Source: a virus
Taxonomy: Duplodnaviria; Caudoviricetes
Reading direction: 5' to 3' (one strand)
Length of the DNA: 64,000 bases
IMG/VR virus record: IMGVR_UViG_3300031787_000100
Coordinates: 2,214 to 66,213 of that record
How positions within the stretch are numbered: position 1 is the stretch's first letter; every line of letters begins with the position of its first letter. The translations under genes and the position numbers were made by a program. The notes below the pieces were generated by a model. That model was not told where the DNA came from and searched no databases. It saw nothing but the letters and a program-made list of their open reading frames with translations. Positions 1 through 9,267 of this stretch are shown piece after piece.

Positions 1-2
1 AC

Positions 3-932
3 CTTACGGGCGTACAGTTCCAATGGAACTCCCAACCGCTTGGCGAGATTCACCTGTGTCTGCGTCAGCACGATTTTGCGCGGTGCTGTACTACGCGTTG
101 CAGGTGCAACGTTATTGGATTTGGTTCGCTGAGGTTTAGCATCAGCGGGTTCGTCGGCTCCAAACTGGTCGGCGAACCTTTCGCGCATGTCAGTGTTGAT
201 ACGTCGGTAGTATTCTTCACTGCCTGCCGGAATTCCTTCCCCTACCAAGTCCTCGTGCAAGCCAAGGGCATAAGCTGTCATCCGTTTATTTGAACCAAAC
301 CACTGATTTTGGTCTTGCCATGCAAGCAGTTTTTCGTCCACGGGTGCAGCCGGTTGGGGCTGATATGCGGGTTGTACCTCAGTTTTTTCTTCCTGTAAAG
401 GGGCTGGACGGAAATTATTTACTTTTTCCGATTTCATCTTGGCCGAGGTAAGCGCTTCTTGGGCGTTTACCAGAGCATCAGAATCACCCGCTTCATAGGC
501 TTCTTTGTACTGACGTTTTGCAGTTTCAAGCTCGTTGGCCACCACTTTCTTGGCTTGTTCCAACAACGCTGTCTGGTTCTGGCTAACAGAACCTTTTAGC
601 TGTTTGTTTTCTTCAGCCAGCGACCGGGCAAACCGCAGGGCTTCTTCTTTCTCGCGTTCCGCCGTTTCTTTAGCGCGGCGCTCGTCGTGATAGCCTTTTG
701 TAAAGTGTTTTATGCGTTTTTGAACACTTTCGTCGTACTTTGCCAACTCATCATCCGTCACCTCTTTAGGAGGCTCAGTCATGGGTTTGCGCCCACGGTC
801 CTCGGGAGGCGTGTCGTCTACGACTTCAATTTCCGGTTCGTCGGACTCAGGTTCTACAACCTTGCCACCCTTACGGGCGTTGACTTCGACTTCATCAGGA
901 AACTCAAATTCTGTTTTCTCAATTTCTGCCAT
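3..932 (-). CDS. Probable capsid scaffolding protein (3' end runs off the window)
   Basis: Hand-translated open frame not in the ORF track: MAEIEKTEFEFPDEVE...AKRLGVPLELYARKV. AAGGAG RBS at 938-943. Acidic N-terminus, coiled-coil middle, position downstream of portal/GroES. Confidence 0.7.
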   Translation of the reverse strand, partial: MAEIEKTEFEFPDEVEVNARKGGKVVEPESDEPEIEVVDDTPPEDRGRKPMTEPPKEVTDDELAKYDESVQKRIKHFTKGYHDERRAKETAEREKEEALRFARSLAEENKQLKGSVSQNQTALLEQAKKVVANELETAKRQYKEAYEAGDSDALVNAQEALTSAKMKSEKVNNFRPAPLQEEKTEVQPAYQPQPAAPVDEKLLAWQDQNQWFGSNKRMTAYALGLHEDLVGEGIPAGSEEYYRRINTDMRERFADQFGADEPADAKPQRTKSNNVAPATRSTAPRKIVLTQTQVNLAKRLGVPLELYARK

Positions 933-941
933 GATTACTCC

Positions 942-1346
942 TTAGGTTGGACGCTGGATACCACGAGGGTCTTGCACAACGGCTTGTACGGAATCATCGT
1001 TAATCAGACGCCATTCGGTGCCATGAATTTTCATGCGCGTGCCAGTGTTTGGACGAACCAAAACAAAGTCACCAACTTTGCATGATGGGCCAGATGGGAA
1101 TCTGGCAGCGTCTTTGAACGCGTCGGGACCAATCTTTGCGACAAACAGCACGGGGGATAAAAGCTCCTCGTGATACATCATCGTTGCGGATTTAATAATC
1201 CCTGTTTCACCAATTTCTTCTTCAGCTTTGGGAAGCATACAAAGAATGTGGTAAGTGGCCGGATCGGGCACTTGTTTGGCTTTTTCTTCAGTGGATGTAT
1301 TTAGCAACCCACTCAGATTAACAGCCTTAACATCAAACTCAGTCAT
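942..1346 (-). CDS. groES: GroES-like co-chaperonin
   Basis: Cpn10-like motifs TGII, VAKIGPDA, CKVGDFVLV, RLINDDSV. Start moved to ATG 1346 because of AAGGA at 1355-1359. Confidence 0.8.
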   Translation of the reverse strand: MTEFDVKAVNLSGLLNTSTEEKAKQVPDPATYHILCMLPKAEEEIGETGIIKSATMMYHEELLSPVLFVAKIGPDAFKDAARFPSGPSCKVGDFVLVRPNTGTRMKIHGTEWRLINDDSVQAVVQDPRGIQRPT

Positions 1347-1533
1347 CGTCATAATCCTTAGTTTTTCGCACGAGGTCAGCAAGTTCATACTGCGCGGTTT
1401 GCAGACCTCGGATAGTTCCGCACAGTTCTTTATAGTGCTCGTGGGATTTAGCTCCACCAGCACTAATTACGTCAACCAACTGCTTGACGTGTTCATTGAG
1501 TTTTCCGTCTAAAACTTCAAGCAGTGAGGCCAT
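1339..1533 (-). CDS. Small hypothetical head-module protein
   Basis: 64-aa ORF with RBS, tightly packed between portal and GroES. Confidence 0.7.
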   Translation of the reverse strand: MASLLEVLDGKLNEHVKQLVDVISAGGAKSHEHYKELCGTIRGLQTAQYELADLVRKTKDYDDD

Positions 1534-1535
1534 GA

Positions 1536-4097
1536 TTACTCCTTATTACCTTGTAATAACTTCTGAATTCTGTCCATCTCAGCGTGCTCTAACTTCTGTG
1601 CATGAACTTGTCCGCCGTGAGCCATCTTCTGCTGGACTTGAGCTTGTTGTTGCTGCATCTGCTGTTGTTGCTGAGCTTGCGCTTGCTGCAACTCCATCTG
1701 TTTGGCAGCCATCTCCATGCCGTGTAACTCCTGCGCCTGCATAATTTCTTGCTGTAATCGCATTGATGCCATGGCTGGGTCTTCACCAGTTTTAGCCGCG
1801 TTCTCCTGCGCCTTGAGTGACAACTCCTCGGCCTTAAGCTGCAAGTCACCTTTGACCTTGAGCGCTTTAGTGTCAGCTTCCTGTTGTTTAATCTTGATCT
1901 CAGCTTGCTGCAACTGCATAACTGGGTCTTGCTGCATCTGCTGGGCCTGTTGACTTGCCGCCTGACCTTTGCTCGCAGCCAGCACCTGCTGTGCGCCTTG
2001 GGCAACCAGACGCGACAACATAACTTCTGCGTCTTCTGGCATTTCTTCGTCTGGTGGTGGCAGTGGCACGCCAAGCTGCTCCTCGACTTTCTTGCGGTAC
2101 GCAAACGCCAAGTGTTCTGCAATGTGCGCTTGAATCTCGGCCATCATTTTCTGGGCTTGTGGGTTCTGCCCAATTTGCGCCATTATGAGTGGGTCCTGCA
2201 TCATTGATGTATGTACAGAAATGTGTGCGTCGTGGTCCTGATAGATAAACGCTTTAGTCGGTTTGCCATTCAGGAACGCCATGTTCTCCGAGACAGGATC
2301 GCGTGGTGTCATGTCGTCATCTGTAGGTACAAGCTTCTCAGCGTTCTTTACACCCAACACTTCAATCATCTGGCGGTGCAATATGGGCAAGTCGTAAATC
2401 TGCGGAGCTTGCTGCGCCAACTGCATCACCGCTTGGTACTGCATGATGCGCTGCGCCATTGTCGCGCTGTTCGGATCGGACACTGGGATCACGTCCACCA
2501 TGTCGTAATCTTCTTGCTTTGCCATGCGGTCGCCGCTTGATGGATCAAAGCTGTACTGATCTGGTGTGTAGTCGCGGATGATGTCACGCAGGAGTTTGAA
2601 CTCTTGCTTCATGCTGTAGTGCACGCGGGCCTGTACAGCAGACATTGTCTTCAACTGACGCTCAAGTAATGCAAGCGTGGTACCTACCGGAGCATTTGCA
2701 CTCATGTCGCTGATGTTCATGTCAGCAATAGAGCCAAGGCGTTTGCCCTCGTCAGTGATCTGATTTAACAAGGCTAGTAAGACTTGTGATGGCTCTTTGT
2801 ACGGCAACATCATGATGTTGTCTTTGACCGCACCGCTTGGCACATCTACATCACGGAACTCACCGGGATTGATTGGTGTATCGTCTCCCTTGATACGCAG
2901 ACCACGAGCCTTCAGACCACCGGGCAAGTTAGCCAACGTACCCGCGTCTACGAGTTGACGAATGATAGAAGTACCTGCGCGTGCGTAGCCGCCGATCAAG
3001 TGGATTAGCCCCAAGCCATAAGCACCAAAGCCGGGTATGTATGTGTACTGTACGAAGTGATCGCGTTTTAGTTTGCGCTTGTCTTCTGGGTTCCAGTTAC
3101 GGCGGATGGCCAACACTTTGTTAGTGCCACGATCTATTGTCACCACGTATGGCAGTGCAATCTCATCTTCATCCTCGTAACCCGGCAAGTCGTAGTCAAC
3201 GTGGATTTCCAGAATCTGATAGCGGTCGTCTTCCGTCAGGCTAAAGCCTTGGTCTTCCGCTTTCTTCTTCTCAATATCCGTGTGGATAATCTGTGGCTCA
3301 CCCAACTCAACGTCACGATAAAAGCCCGCTACCTGCAGCTTCTTCATGTCGTTCTTGGTCTTACGCATGATGTGGGTTACACGATCAGACGTCTTCAAGC
3401 TCGACGCACCATACGGAATAATGATGTCTTCCGCAGGAATAAACACCGCAATCTGGCGAGCCAGACCGGGGTCGTAATAAACTTTCTTAAACGCGCTGCC
3501 TGCCAAACCAAGGGAGTACAGCATCTTCTCATGCTCGGGGCGATACTCAGACATTACCTCGGTTAACTGGTAATTCATGTCCTCCCGGACACGTTCCGCA
3601 GCCTCTTCTTTAAGACGATCAATGGCACCAATGATTTCCGTTTTAACAGGGCCTTGAGCCGGGAACGTCTCAATGATCGTTTCGCTTTGGAACCTAACTG
3701 CTGCTTCGGTAAGGACTGTAGAAAACACTCCACAAGCTCCAAGCCAAGGTTCCGTTCTTTCCTCATACTTCATCCCCAAGACATCTAAGCCCTTGACATA
3801 CATCTCCACCCATTCTTTGCGGCCAGAAATGTCACTGTCCACCATCTCAACCAAGTCGCTGGCAACTTTCTGCAACTCGCCCTCGTCCATCTCTTCGGCA
3901 AGGTTGGCATCGAAGTCGTCGCTTTTATCGCCTGCAACAATCTCCATCAAGTCAATCTCTATGCCGTCCATGCCGACAAGTACGCCATCTGGGTTCTCAA
4001 TCTGGACTTCAATCTCGGGACCCTCGTCCATCTCAGGAGCCAGTGCATCTAACCCAAGCGGTGCTGGGTTCAAGGAGGGGAACATATTAGTAGCCAT
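1536..4097 (-). CDS. Portal protein (P22-like, Gln-rich C-terminal coil)
   Basis: 853 aa directly after terminase large subunit; portal-like motifs (FPAQGPVKT, GSAFKKVYYD, YGLGL); Q-rich helical tail. Confidence 0.85.
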   Translation of the reverse strand: MATNMFPSLNPAPLGLDALAPEMDEGPEIEVQIENPDGVLVGMDGIEIDLMEIVAGDKSDDFDANLAEEMDEGELQKVASDLVEMVDSDISGRKEWVEMYVKGLDVLGMKYEERTEPWLGACGVFSTVLTEAAVRFQSETIIETFPAQGPVKTEIIGAIDRLKEEAAERVREDMNYQLTEVMSEYRPEHEKMLYSLGLAGSAFKKVYYDPGLARQIAVFIPAEDIIIPYGASSLKTSDRVTHIMRKTKNDMKKLQVAGFYRDVELGEPQIIHTDIEKKKAEDQGFSLTEDDRYQILEIHVDYDLPGYEDEDEIALPYVVTIDRGTNKVLAIRRNWNPEDKRKLKRDHFVQYTYIPGFGAYGLGLIHLIGGYARAGTSIIRQLVDAGTLANLPGGLKARGLRIKGDDTPINPGEFRDVDVPSGAVKDNIMMLPYKEPSQVLLALLNQITDEGKRLGSIADMNISDMSANAPVGTTLALLERQLKTMSAVQARVHYSMKQEFKLLRDIIRDYTPDQYSFDPSSGDRMAKQEDYDMVDVIPVSDPNSATMAQRIMQYQAVMQLAQQAPQIYDLPILHRQMIEVLGVKNAEKLVPTDDDMTPRDPVSENMAFLNGKPTKAFIYQDHDAHISVHTSMMQDPLIMAQIGQNPQAQKMMAEIQAHIAEHLAFAYRKKVEEQLGVPLPPPDEEMPEDAEVMLSRLVAQGAQQVLAASKGQAASQQAQQMQQDPVMQLQQAEIKIKQQEADTKALKVKGDLQLKAEELSLKAQENAAKTGEDPAMASMRLQQEIMQAQELHGMEMAAKQMELQQAQAQQQQQMQQQQAQVQQKMAHGGQVHAQKLEHAEMDRIQKLLQGNKE

Positions 4098-4106
4098 TTA
4101 AAGTCC

Positions 4107-5630
4107 TTAGTAATACGCTTGCCGACGGGCCGCGTAATAGGGGTCATTATCCTCGTGGTCACTGCTCAAGCGCAAGAGTCCACCTTTACGAATTCTCATC
4201 AACGCCAGTGTCATGGTGTCCACCTCGTCGTCATGCTCGCCTGCGGGAAATGCCAAAATCTCCTCCACAGTGGCCGCAGCCCACGCATTCTCGGGGAACC
4301 AAACGTGCCCTGACGCAAACATATCTGCCACGGCATTGAGCCGCGCAATTTTATCCTGCCCCTTACCGGGGCTAAAGTCCTGTACAAATATACCTGACCT
4401 GCGCATCTCGTCAATCAGCGGCTGACCACTGGCTTTAGCCTCGACAATCACACTGTCCGGCTCCCATGTCTTGTACTGCTCGTGCGCCATGGCTTTTAGC
4501 TCAGGAAACTCGTATTTCCCCTTCACTTTGTTCAGCAGGATCACATTCTGCGTGCCGTCTTCTTCACTTTCAAACACGCCCCACGTATGGCACACGGAGA
4601 AGTCAGACCTTTCCTTGGTCGTAAGCGCCGTATCAAACGCCTGCACCATAAAGTCAATTTTTGGCGGATCATCTTTCTCCCACCAGCGTATCCAGTCCCG
4701 TTTTATGATCGCAGCTTCGGCTGCGGTTGGGTTTTGCTGGTATTGAGCGTACCACTGCCACATGATGTGGTGCATTGACGCCCGGGTTTGCTGCAAAGAC
4801 TCGATTGACCACTGTTCTGGCCAGATTGACTTCTCGTTATCCGTGCCTTCGTTCAAAATTGCAGGGAATTCAAAGGTTTCGTAGCTGTCCCCGCCCTCAT
4901 TCATGGCGGAATCCTTAATTAGACGCCCAATCAGGTCCCTCTGGTGCCACCTTGTGTGCAAAACACAGATTTTCCCGTCTGGCATGAGTCGAGTACGCAG
5001 ACCAGCACTGAACCACTCGTATGCGTTGTCCAAAGATGTGGTGTTTCCAGCTTTAATGTCCTGTTCAGACAGCGGATCGTCGGCAATAATCAAGTGAGCG
5101 CCCCGTCCGGCTAGCGCACCACCCACACCAATTGCAAAATACTCGCCCCCTTTGGTCGTATTCCACTGCGCAGCCGCTTTTGCGTCGCTTGCGATGCTTG
5201 TATTGGGGAAAATTGCCTTGTATTCAGGCGTATTGATGAGATTTCGCACCTTGCGGGCCATGACAACCGCCAAATCTGCAGTGTGTGAGGCCACAATTAC
5301 CTTGTGATCGGGGTGTTTTCCCAAGTACCAAGCCGGATAGTAGATAGAAATCATCTGGGATTTACCCATACGAGGTGCCATAGACACCGCAATCCGGTTC
5401 TTGATGTTGGTTTCTACCTCCATCAGCAGAGTACCCAGCCGTTTTAAGTGCGTACCAAACTTATAGTTAGGATCAATGGCAGCAATAAACGACAAAAAGT
5501 CGTTCTGGGCCAGAGTCTGGCGCTTTCTGCCATCCAATTCGGCAAACATGGCAAGTAACTCCACCGCCTCGTCTGGAGGCAGCTTCTTAGAAATCCTGTC
5601 AATGATCTCTGGAGTTAGGGTTTGGTCCAT
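4107..5630 (-). CDS. terL: Terminase large subunit
   Basis: Walker A MAPRMGKS, Walker B LIIADD, TRWH motif, YQQNP linker, nuclease acidic residues FDTA / VEAKASG / HDDEVD. Confidence 0.95.
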   Translation of the reverse strand: MDQTLTPEIIDRISKKLPPDEAVELLAMFAELDGRKRQTLAQNDFLSFIAAIDPNYKFGTHLKRLGTLLMEVETNIKNRIAVSMAPRMGKSQMISIYYPAWYLGKHPDHKVIVASHTADLAVVMARKVRNLINTPEYKAIFPNTSIASDAKAAAQWNTTKGGEYFAIGVGGALAGRGAHLIIADDPLSEQDIKAGNTTSLDNAYEWFSAGLRTRLMPDGKICVLHTRWHQRDLIGRLIKDSAMNEGGDSYETFEFPAILNEGTDNEKSIWPEQWSIESLQQTRASMHHIMWQWYAQYQQNPTAAEAAIIKRDWIRWWEKDDPPKIDFMVQAFDTALTTKERSDFSVCHTWGVFESEEDGTQNVILLNKVKGKYEFPELKAMAHEQYKTWEPDSVIVEAKASGQPLIDEMRRSGIFVQDFSPGKGQDKIARLNAVADMFASGHVWFPENAWAAATVEEILAFPAGEHDDEVDTMTLALMRIRKGGLLRLSSDHEDNDPYYAARRQAYY

Positions 5631-6187
5631 CAGATTGCTTCGACGTCGCTAATATCTATCTGTACTTGGGCTTTGGTTGGTTTGGCGCTGTTATCCACCA
5701 CCTCGGCTTCCAACACCTTGGTCAGGCGTTCACGCAGCATTTGTTCTAGCTCTTCCGTAGGCCGGTGGCGCATCGTGATTTCTGTCTTGTCCGTGAACAA
5801 TCCAACGTCGCTGATCTTGCCGAGCAGTTCCAGTGACTTCATCCGTATGCGGGGGTCAGGGTTTGCCGTCTCAGATAGCAGCTTATTAGTTACGTAGGTT
5901 CGCAGTTGTTGGGCCGACTTCACAACCACCTGATCGTATTCAGATAGCAGGGACTGCAGATACACCACCATGCCGGGGGAAGACAAGTCCTCGTCGGACG
6001 CCAACTCGTTACCCAGAAACACTTCGCGGGCCTTGTGCTTGTCCGTTTCGGATATTTCGTTTGGCGGTGGCAGGTTGTTAGTGTCTACTAACGCAGACAT
6101 GGCTGCGGCCACGCGGGTCTCCAGCGACTCGAATGTCGGGGAGTAGTCCGCAAGCGGAATGTCGTAATCAATTACAGGTGTGTACAT
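5630..6187 (-). CDS. Probable terminase small subunit
   Basis: 185 aa abutting terL; helical motif RMKSLELLGKISDVGLF resembles TerS proteins. Confidence 0.6.
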   Translation of the reverse strand: MYTPVIDYDIPLADYSPTFESLETRVAAAMSALVDTNNLPPPNEISETDKHKAREVFLGNELASDEDLSSPGMVVYLQSLLSEYDQVVVKSAQQLRTYVTNKLLSETANPDPRIRMKSLELLGKISDVGLFTDKTEITMRHRPTEELEQMLRERLTKVLEAEVVDNSAKPTKAQVQIDISDVEAI

Positions 6188-6246
6188 AGGCGGAGTAGCA
6201 GCCGTTAGTTTTGCGGATTATATATGTAATTTTTTTCTTGTGTGTT

Positions 6247-6765
6247 TTATTTAACAAGGGGGCGTCTTCCGTTAACGGACCCCCACGGCCTGCGGTTGGC
6301 AATTTGTTCTTGCATGGTAGCCCATCGGCAGTTGTCCGGACTATAGCCTTTTGTATTGTCTATTCTATCTATGGAATGCCCAGTTGGTTTGGGTCCCATA
6401 TCTTCAAAGAAACATAGCCAGCCGGTCTTGCCGTTTTCCCCAAATCTCCAACGATCACATACAGATACCCCACGTCCACCATAAAAACTATACTTGGGAT
6501 GCTTTGGGTTATAGCATCTGCTCATCATGGATTTCCAAGACTGCTTGGTATATGTGCGGCGCTCCACATCGGCGGCTGTAACTAGTGCGGCACGAAACTC
6601 AGTTGCGTAACAACCACAGGATTTGGTAACTCCAGTCTTTAGCTTGAACCCTAGCACTACCGATGTATTGCCGCAGTCGCAAAGGCAGGTCCAGCGTGCA
6701 TTGGATTTTTTATCCCGGCTGTGTAAATTCTGCACAATTAATCTACCAAATCGTTGTTGTTCCAT
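6247..6765 (-). CDS. HNH-family endonuclease (Cys-rich type)
   Basis: RFGRL..W.C.CDCG..SCGC, RC.NP..YGGRG..C.RW, SIDRIDN.KGYSPDNCRWAT; AAGGA RBS. Confidence 0.8.
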   Translation of the reverse strand: MEQQRFGRLIVQNLHSRDKKSNARWTCLCDCGNTSVVLGFKLKTGVTKSCGCYATEFRAALVTAADVERRTYTKQSWKSMMSRCYNPKHPKYSFYGGRGVSVCDRWRFGENGKTGWLCFFEDMGPKPTGHSIDRIDNTKGYSPDNCRWATMQEQIANRRPWGSVNGRRPLVK

Positions 6766-6965
6766 AAGATTCCTTAGTGGGGGGTAGGGTGGGATTGTAC
6801 TTGATTTTTTATATTTTTGTTATAGGTTTAGTTTTATTTTGCTGCCAGAGGATTCAGCGCTCAGCGTAAAGCGGACGGGACTCCGTCAGCCCACAGCTTG
6901 GGGTGGCGGGGCGGTGGGGTCAAAACAGGGTCAAAAAAAGATAAGGTTATAACTAAAGATAAGTG

Positions 6966-6994
6966 TTGACAAACATTATAGTTTGATATACATT
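6966..6994 (+). promoter_or_regulatory. Sigma70-type promoter for the first early unit
   Basis: TTGACA-17 nt-TACATT, followed by hairpin ATCGGTTAAGC/GTTTAGCCGAT (7001-7028). Confidence 0.7.
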
Positions 6995-7059
6995 TCACCC
7001 ATCGGTTAAGCAATTCGGTTTAGCCGATATGTAAGTAAACGCTATTCAAAGGAAATGAA

Positions 7060-7599
7060 ATGGCACAATTCTCAAAACTTCATGCATCAATTATTGGTGC
7101 GTTCGCAACTGCTAAAGCTAAAGCTGAAAAGCTAGAAGCTGATAGCATCACAAAACAAAACGCTGAAATTCAGAAGTTAGTAGATGCTCACGTTTTGGCT
7201 TGCAGTACAACAAAAGCTGAGTATTTGAAGGGCAATTCAAAAACCAACGAAGCAAGGGGCGAAGTGAAAGCCTTATTTGATACGCTAGTATCAAAAGAGT
7301 ACATCAGCAAAAATTCAGCGCAACAGTATGCCCAATGTTTTTGGATAGCGTTCGAAACGAACGTGCCATTTTCCCGAGACCTTGTAAACAAAAAAGCTGA
7401 AGCTAAAGCTGAAGCAAATACAAAAGCTGAAGCTACCGCTAAAGCTGGAAAAGTAGAAGTTACCGATATGCCAGCTTTAACGCTGACATTACAAAAGGCT
7501 TTGCACCAATGCACCTTGTTGAATCAAACTTTGCTGAAGGGCGCTTTGCTTGATGCAATAGTTGAATTTATCCCTGATTTTACAGAATCAGCTAAGTAA
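7060..7599 (+). CDS. Hypothetical early protein (Ala/Lys-rich)
   Basis: 179-aa ORF with AAGGA RBS downstream of promoter. Confidence 0.8.
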   Translation: MAQFSKLHASIIGAFATAKAKAEKLEADSITKQNAEIQKLVDAHVLACSTTKAEYLKGNSKTNEARGEVKALFDTLVSKEYISKNSAQQYAQCFWIAFETNVPFSRDLVNKKAEAKAEANTKAEATAKAGKVEVTDMPALTLTLQKALHQCTLLNQTLLKGALLDAIVEFIPDFTESAK

Positions 7600-7613
7600 A
7601 AACCTAATCAACG

Positions 7614-7642
7614 GAAACCCTAGGGGAAACCCTAGGGGTTTT
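7614..7642. repeat. Tandem GAAACCCTAGGG palindromic element (third copy at 8042-8055)
   Basis: GAAACCCTAGGGGAAACCCTAGGGGTTTT; AAACCCTAGGGTTT at 8042. Confidence 0.75.
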
Positions 7643-7645
7643 AAA

Positions 7646-7831
7646 ATGAACAAATATTTTCACTATTCAAAAGCAAAACCCGAATCCGATGTTTTGACAT
7701 GGAAAATCTACAATGACCCTTTGGTTAACCGATGGAAAGTTGAATTTTCCGATGGGGAAACCCGTTCGTTCCGTCATGAAAAAGACGCACTCGCATACAT
7801 CAATGACAAGTTCTTTTCAATGTACTTTTAA
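7646..7831 (+). CDS. Hypothetical early protein
   Basis: ORF from ATG 7646 (MNKYFHY...); AGGGG from the palindrome could serve as RBS. Confidence 0.65.
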   Translation: MNKYFHYSKAKPESDVLTWKIYNDPLVNRWKVEFSDGETRSFRHEKDALAYINDKFFSMYF

Positions 7832-7842
7832 GGGTTAACATC

Positions 7843-8043
7843 ATGTCCGATTTTGTTGGAGTACTCACAATTTATACTTGGGTCAATGCACCAGAGGGTA
7901 AAAGGGGCAAAAGGTTAAACGTAAACAAAAGCCATTTTTGTGACACGTTCGAAATGGGAAAAGACCTTTTGAATCAATGGCGCGAAGCAAACCCCAGTAT
8001 TGAAATGCACGCTGAACTTGTCATTACCCGATACATTGACTAA
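7843..8043 (+). CDS. Hypothetical early protein
   Basis: 66-aa ORF with AAGGG RBS, ends just before terminator. Confidence 0.65.
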   Translation: MSDFVGVLTIYTWVNAPEGKRGKRLNVNKSHFCDTFEMGKDLLNQWREANPSIEMHAELVITRYID

Positions 8044-8060
8044 ACCCTAGGGTTTCCACT

Positions 8061-8086
8061 AAGCCACCGCAAGGTGGCTTTTTTTT
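8061..8086 (+). terminator. Intrinsic terminator
   Basis: AAGCCACC-GCAA-GGTGGCTT followed by T run. Confidence 0.9.
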
Positions 8087-8289
8087 CGCCCTGATTTTTT
8101 CCATGCGTGCGCTTCCATTGTCCGTTTGGAAAACGTCATAGTAGTTAGGCGGTGCGGGAGAGCGAGCGTGAGTGCGCGTGTGTGCGAGGGTGCGGGAGAG
8201 CTTCGGGGCAAAAACTTCCCAAAAGTTATAACCTTATAACTTTTACCCCACGGGCTGATGGCACAACTATGACGCAGGGAGAATGGCAT

Positions 8290-8710
8290 GCTTGTTACAA
8301 TGTAACAAAACACCCCCGATTTGTTACAAAACCCCGTAACGTTGTTTTTTTGCAAATAGCCCCGCAAAAGTAATACTAAGCGTTTCAAAAACCAAGAGAG
8401 AGAGATAGATATATATATAATATATTATATTGTTACATTGTAACGGTCTTTTTAGGTTATGAGAGTCAAATTCCCAAAACGTATAGTTCCCTTAATGGTT
8501 ACCCTGACGCTTATAGCAAACTAAAAGAAAAAGATTTTAGACCTTCATACCCCCAAATACCCTGTTACAGCGTAACCACGACCCATTTAACCCAAAAGCT
8601 ATACTATAAAATCGGCTAAGTTGTTGATTCGCAATGACCGACCTATAAACCCCCTCGTAACGACCCCCCTGTAACATTCCCCACCCGTTTCGTAACACCG
8701 TAACACGACC
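8290..8710. other. Candidate replication origin / protein-binding platform
   Basis: About a dozen GTTAC/GTAAC pentamers, including three GTTAC-N3-GTAAC palindromes, around a near-pure AT tract (~8405-8435); no credible gene. Confidence 0.45.
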
Positions 8711-8777
8711 CCCCCAAAGTTATAACCTTATAACTTCTGCTACACTACACACCTCCACACCAACCCAAGGACTTACT

Positions 8778-9236
8778 ATGACACAAGACCTCTACACCCT
8801 CGAATTGAACTTCCCCACCGAAGTTGCCGACCGACTTGCCAACTCACACAAAGACGGCATCGAAGCAGCCACCACACAAGCCATCAAGTTCTGGCTCCAA
8901 CTGGGCGACGACACATGGCAAACCATTGCCACACAAGCCAACACCGAAGGCATGTCACGGGCGGAGTTCGTACGCAAAGCCATTGCAAAACTAATGCACC
9001 CCGAAGCCCCCGCCTATGTAAACCTCAAATCAGACCTAACCCTTGCCGAACGACGCAAGGCACGAGATGAGGACATTGCATACCGCGCACTACGCGGAAC
9101 ACTACGCAGAGACCTTGCAACCCAATACGGCATATCAGAAATCAGGGTGCATCAGATCGTAGCTGCTGCAAAGAAAGAAATTGCCAAGGAAAAACTCAAG
9201 CGGGATTGGACTCCAGACCCATACGAAAACGCTTGA
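8778..9236 (+). CDS. Putative transcription regulator (RHH-like plus C-terminal Mor-like HTH)
   Basis: EGMSRAEFVRKAI (CopG/RHH-like helix) and RRDLATQYGISEIRVHQIV (HTH); AAGGA RBS; extended -10-like TGCTACACT at 8738-8746. Confidence 0.7.
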   Translation: MTQDLYTLELNFPTEVADRLANSHKDGIEAATTQAIKFWLQLGDDTWQTIATQANTEGMSRAEFVRKAIAKLMHPEAPAYVNLKSDLTLAERRKARDEDIAYRALRGTLRRDLATQYGISEIRVHQIVAAAKKEIAKEKLKRDWTPDPYENA

Positions 9237-9261
9237 CAACATACCTATAATCTGTTATAAT
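9233..9261 (+). promoter_or_regulatory. Consensus sigma70 promoter with extended -10
   Basis: TTGACA (9233-9238), 17-nt spacer ending TGT, TATAAT (9256-9261). Confidence 0.9.
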
Positions 9262-9267
9262 TGATTT

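Noticed and set aside
8059-8388. ORFs 8059-8388 (-) and 8152-8373 (+)
   Set aside because: They run through a terminator, palindromes and low-complexity repeats, lack a clear RBS and have odd composition; probably spurious.
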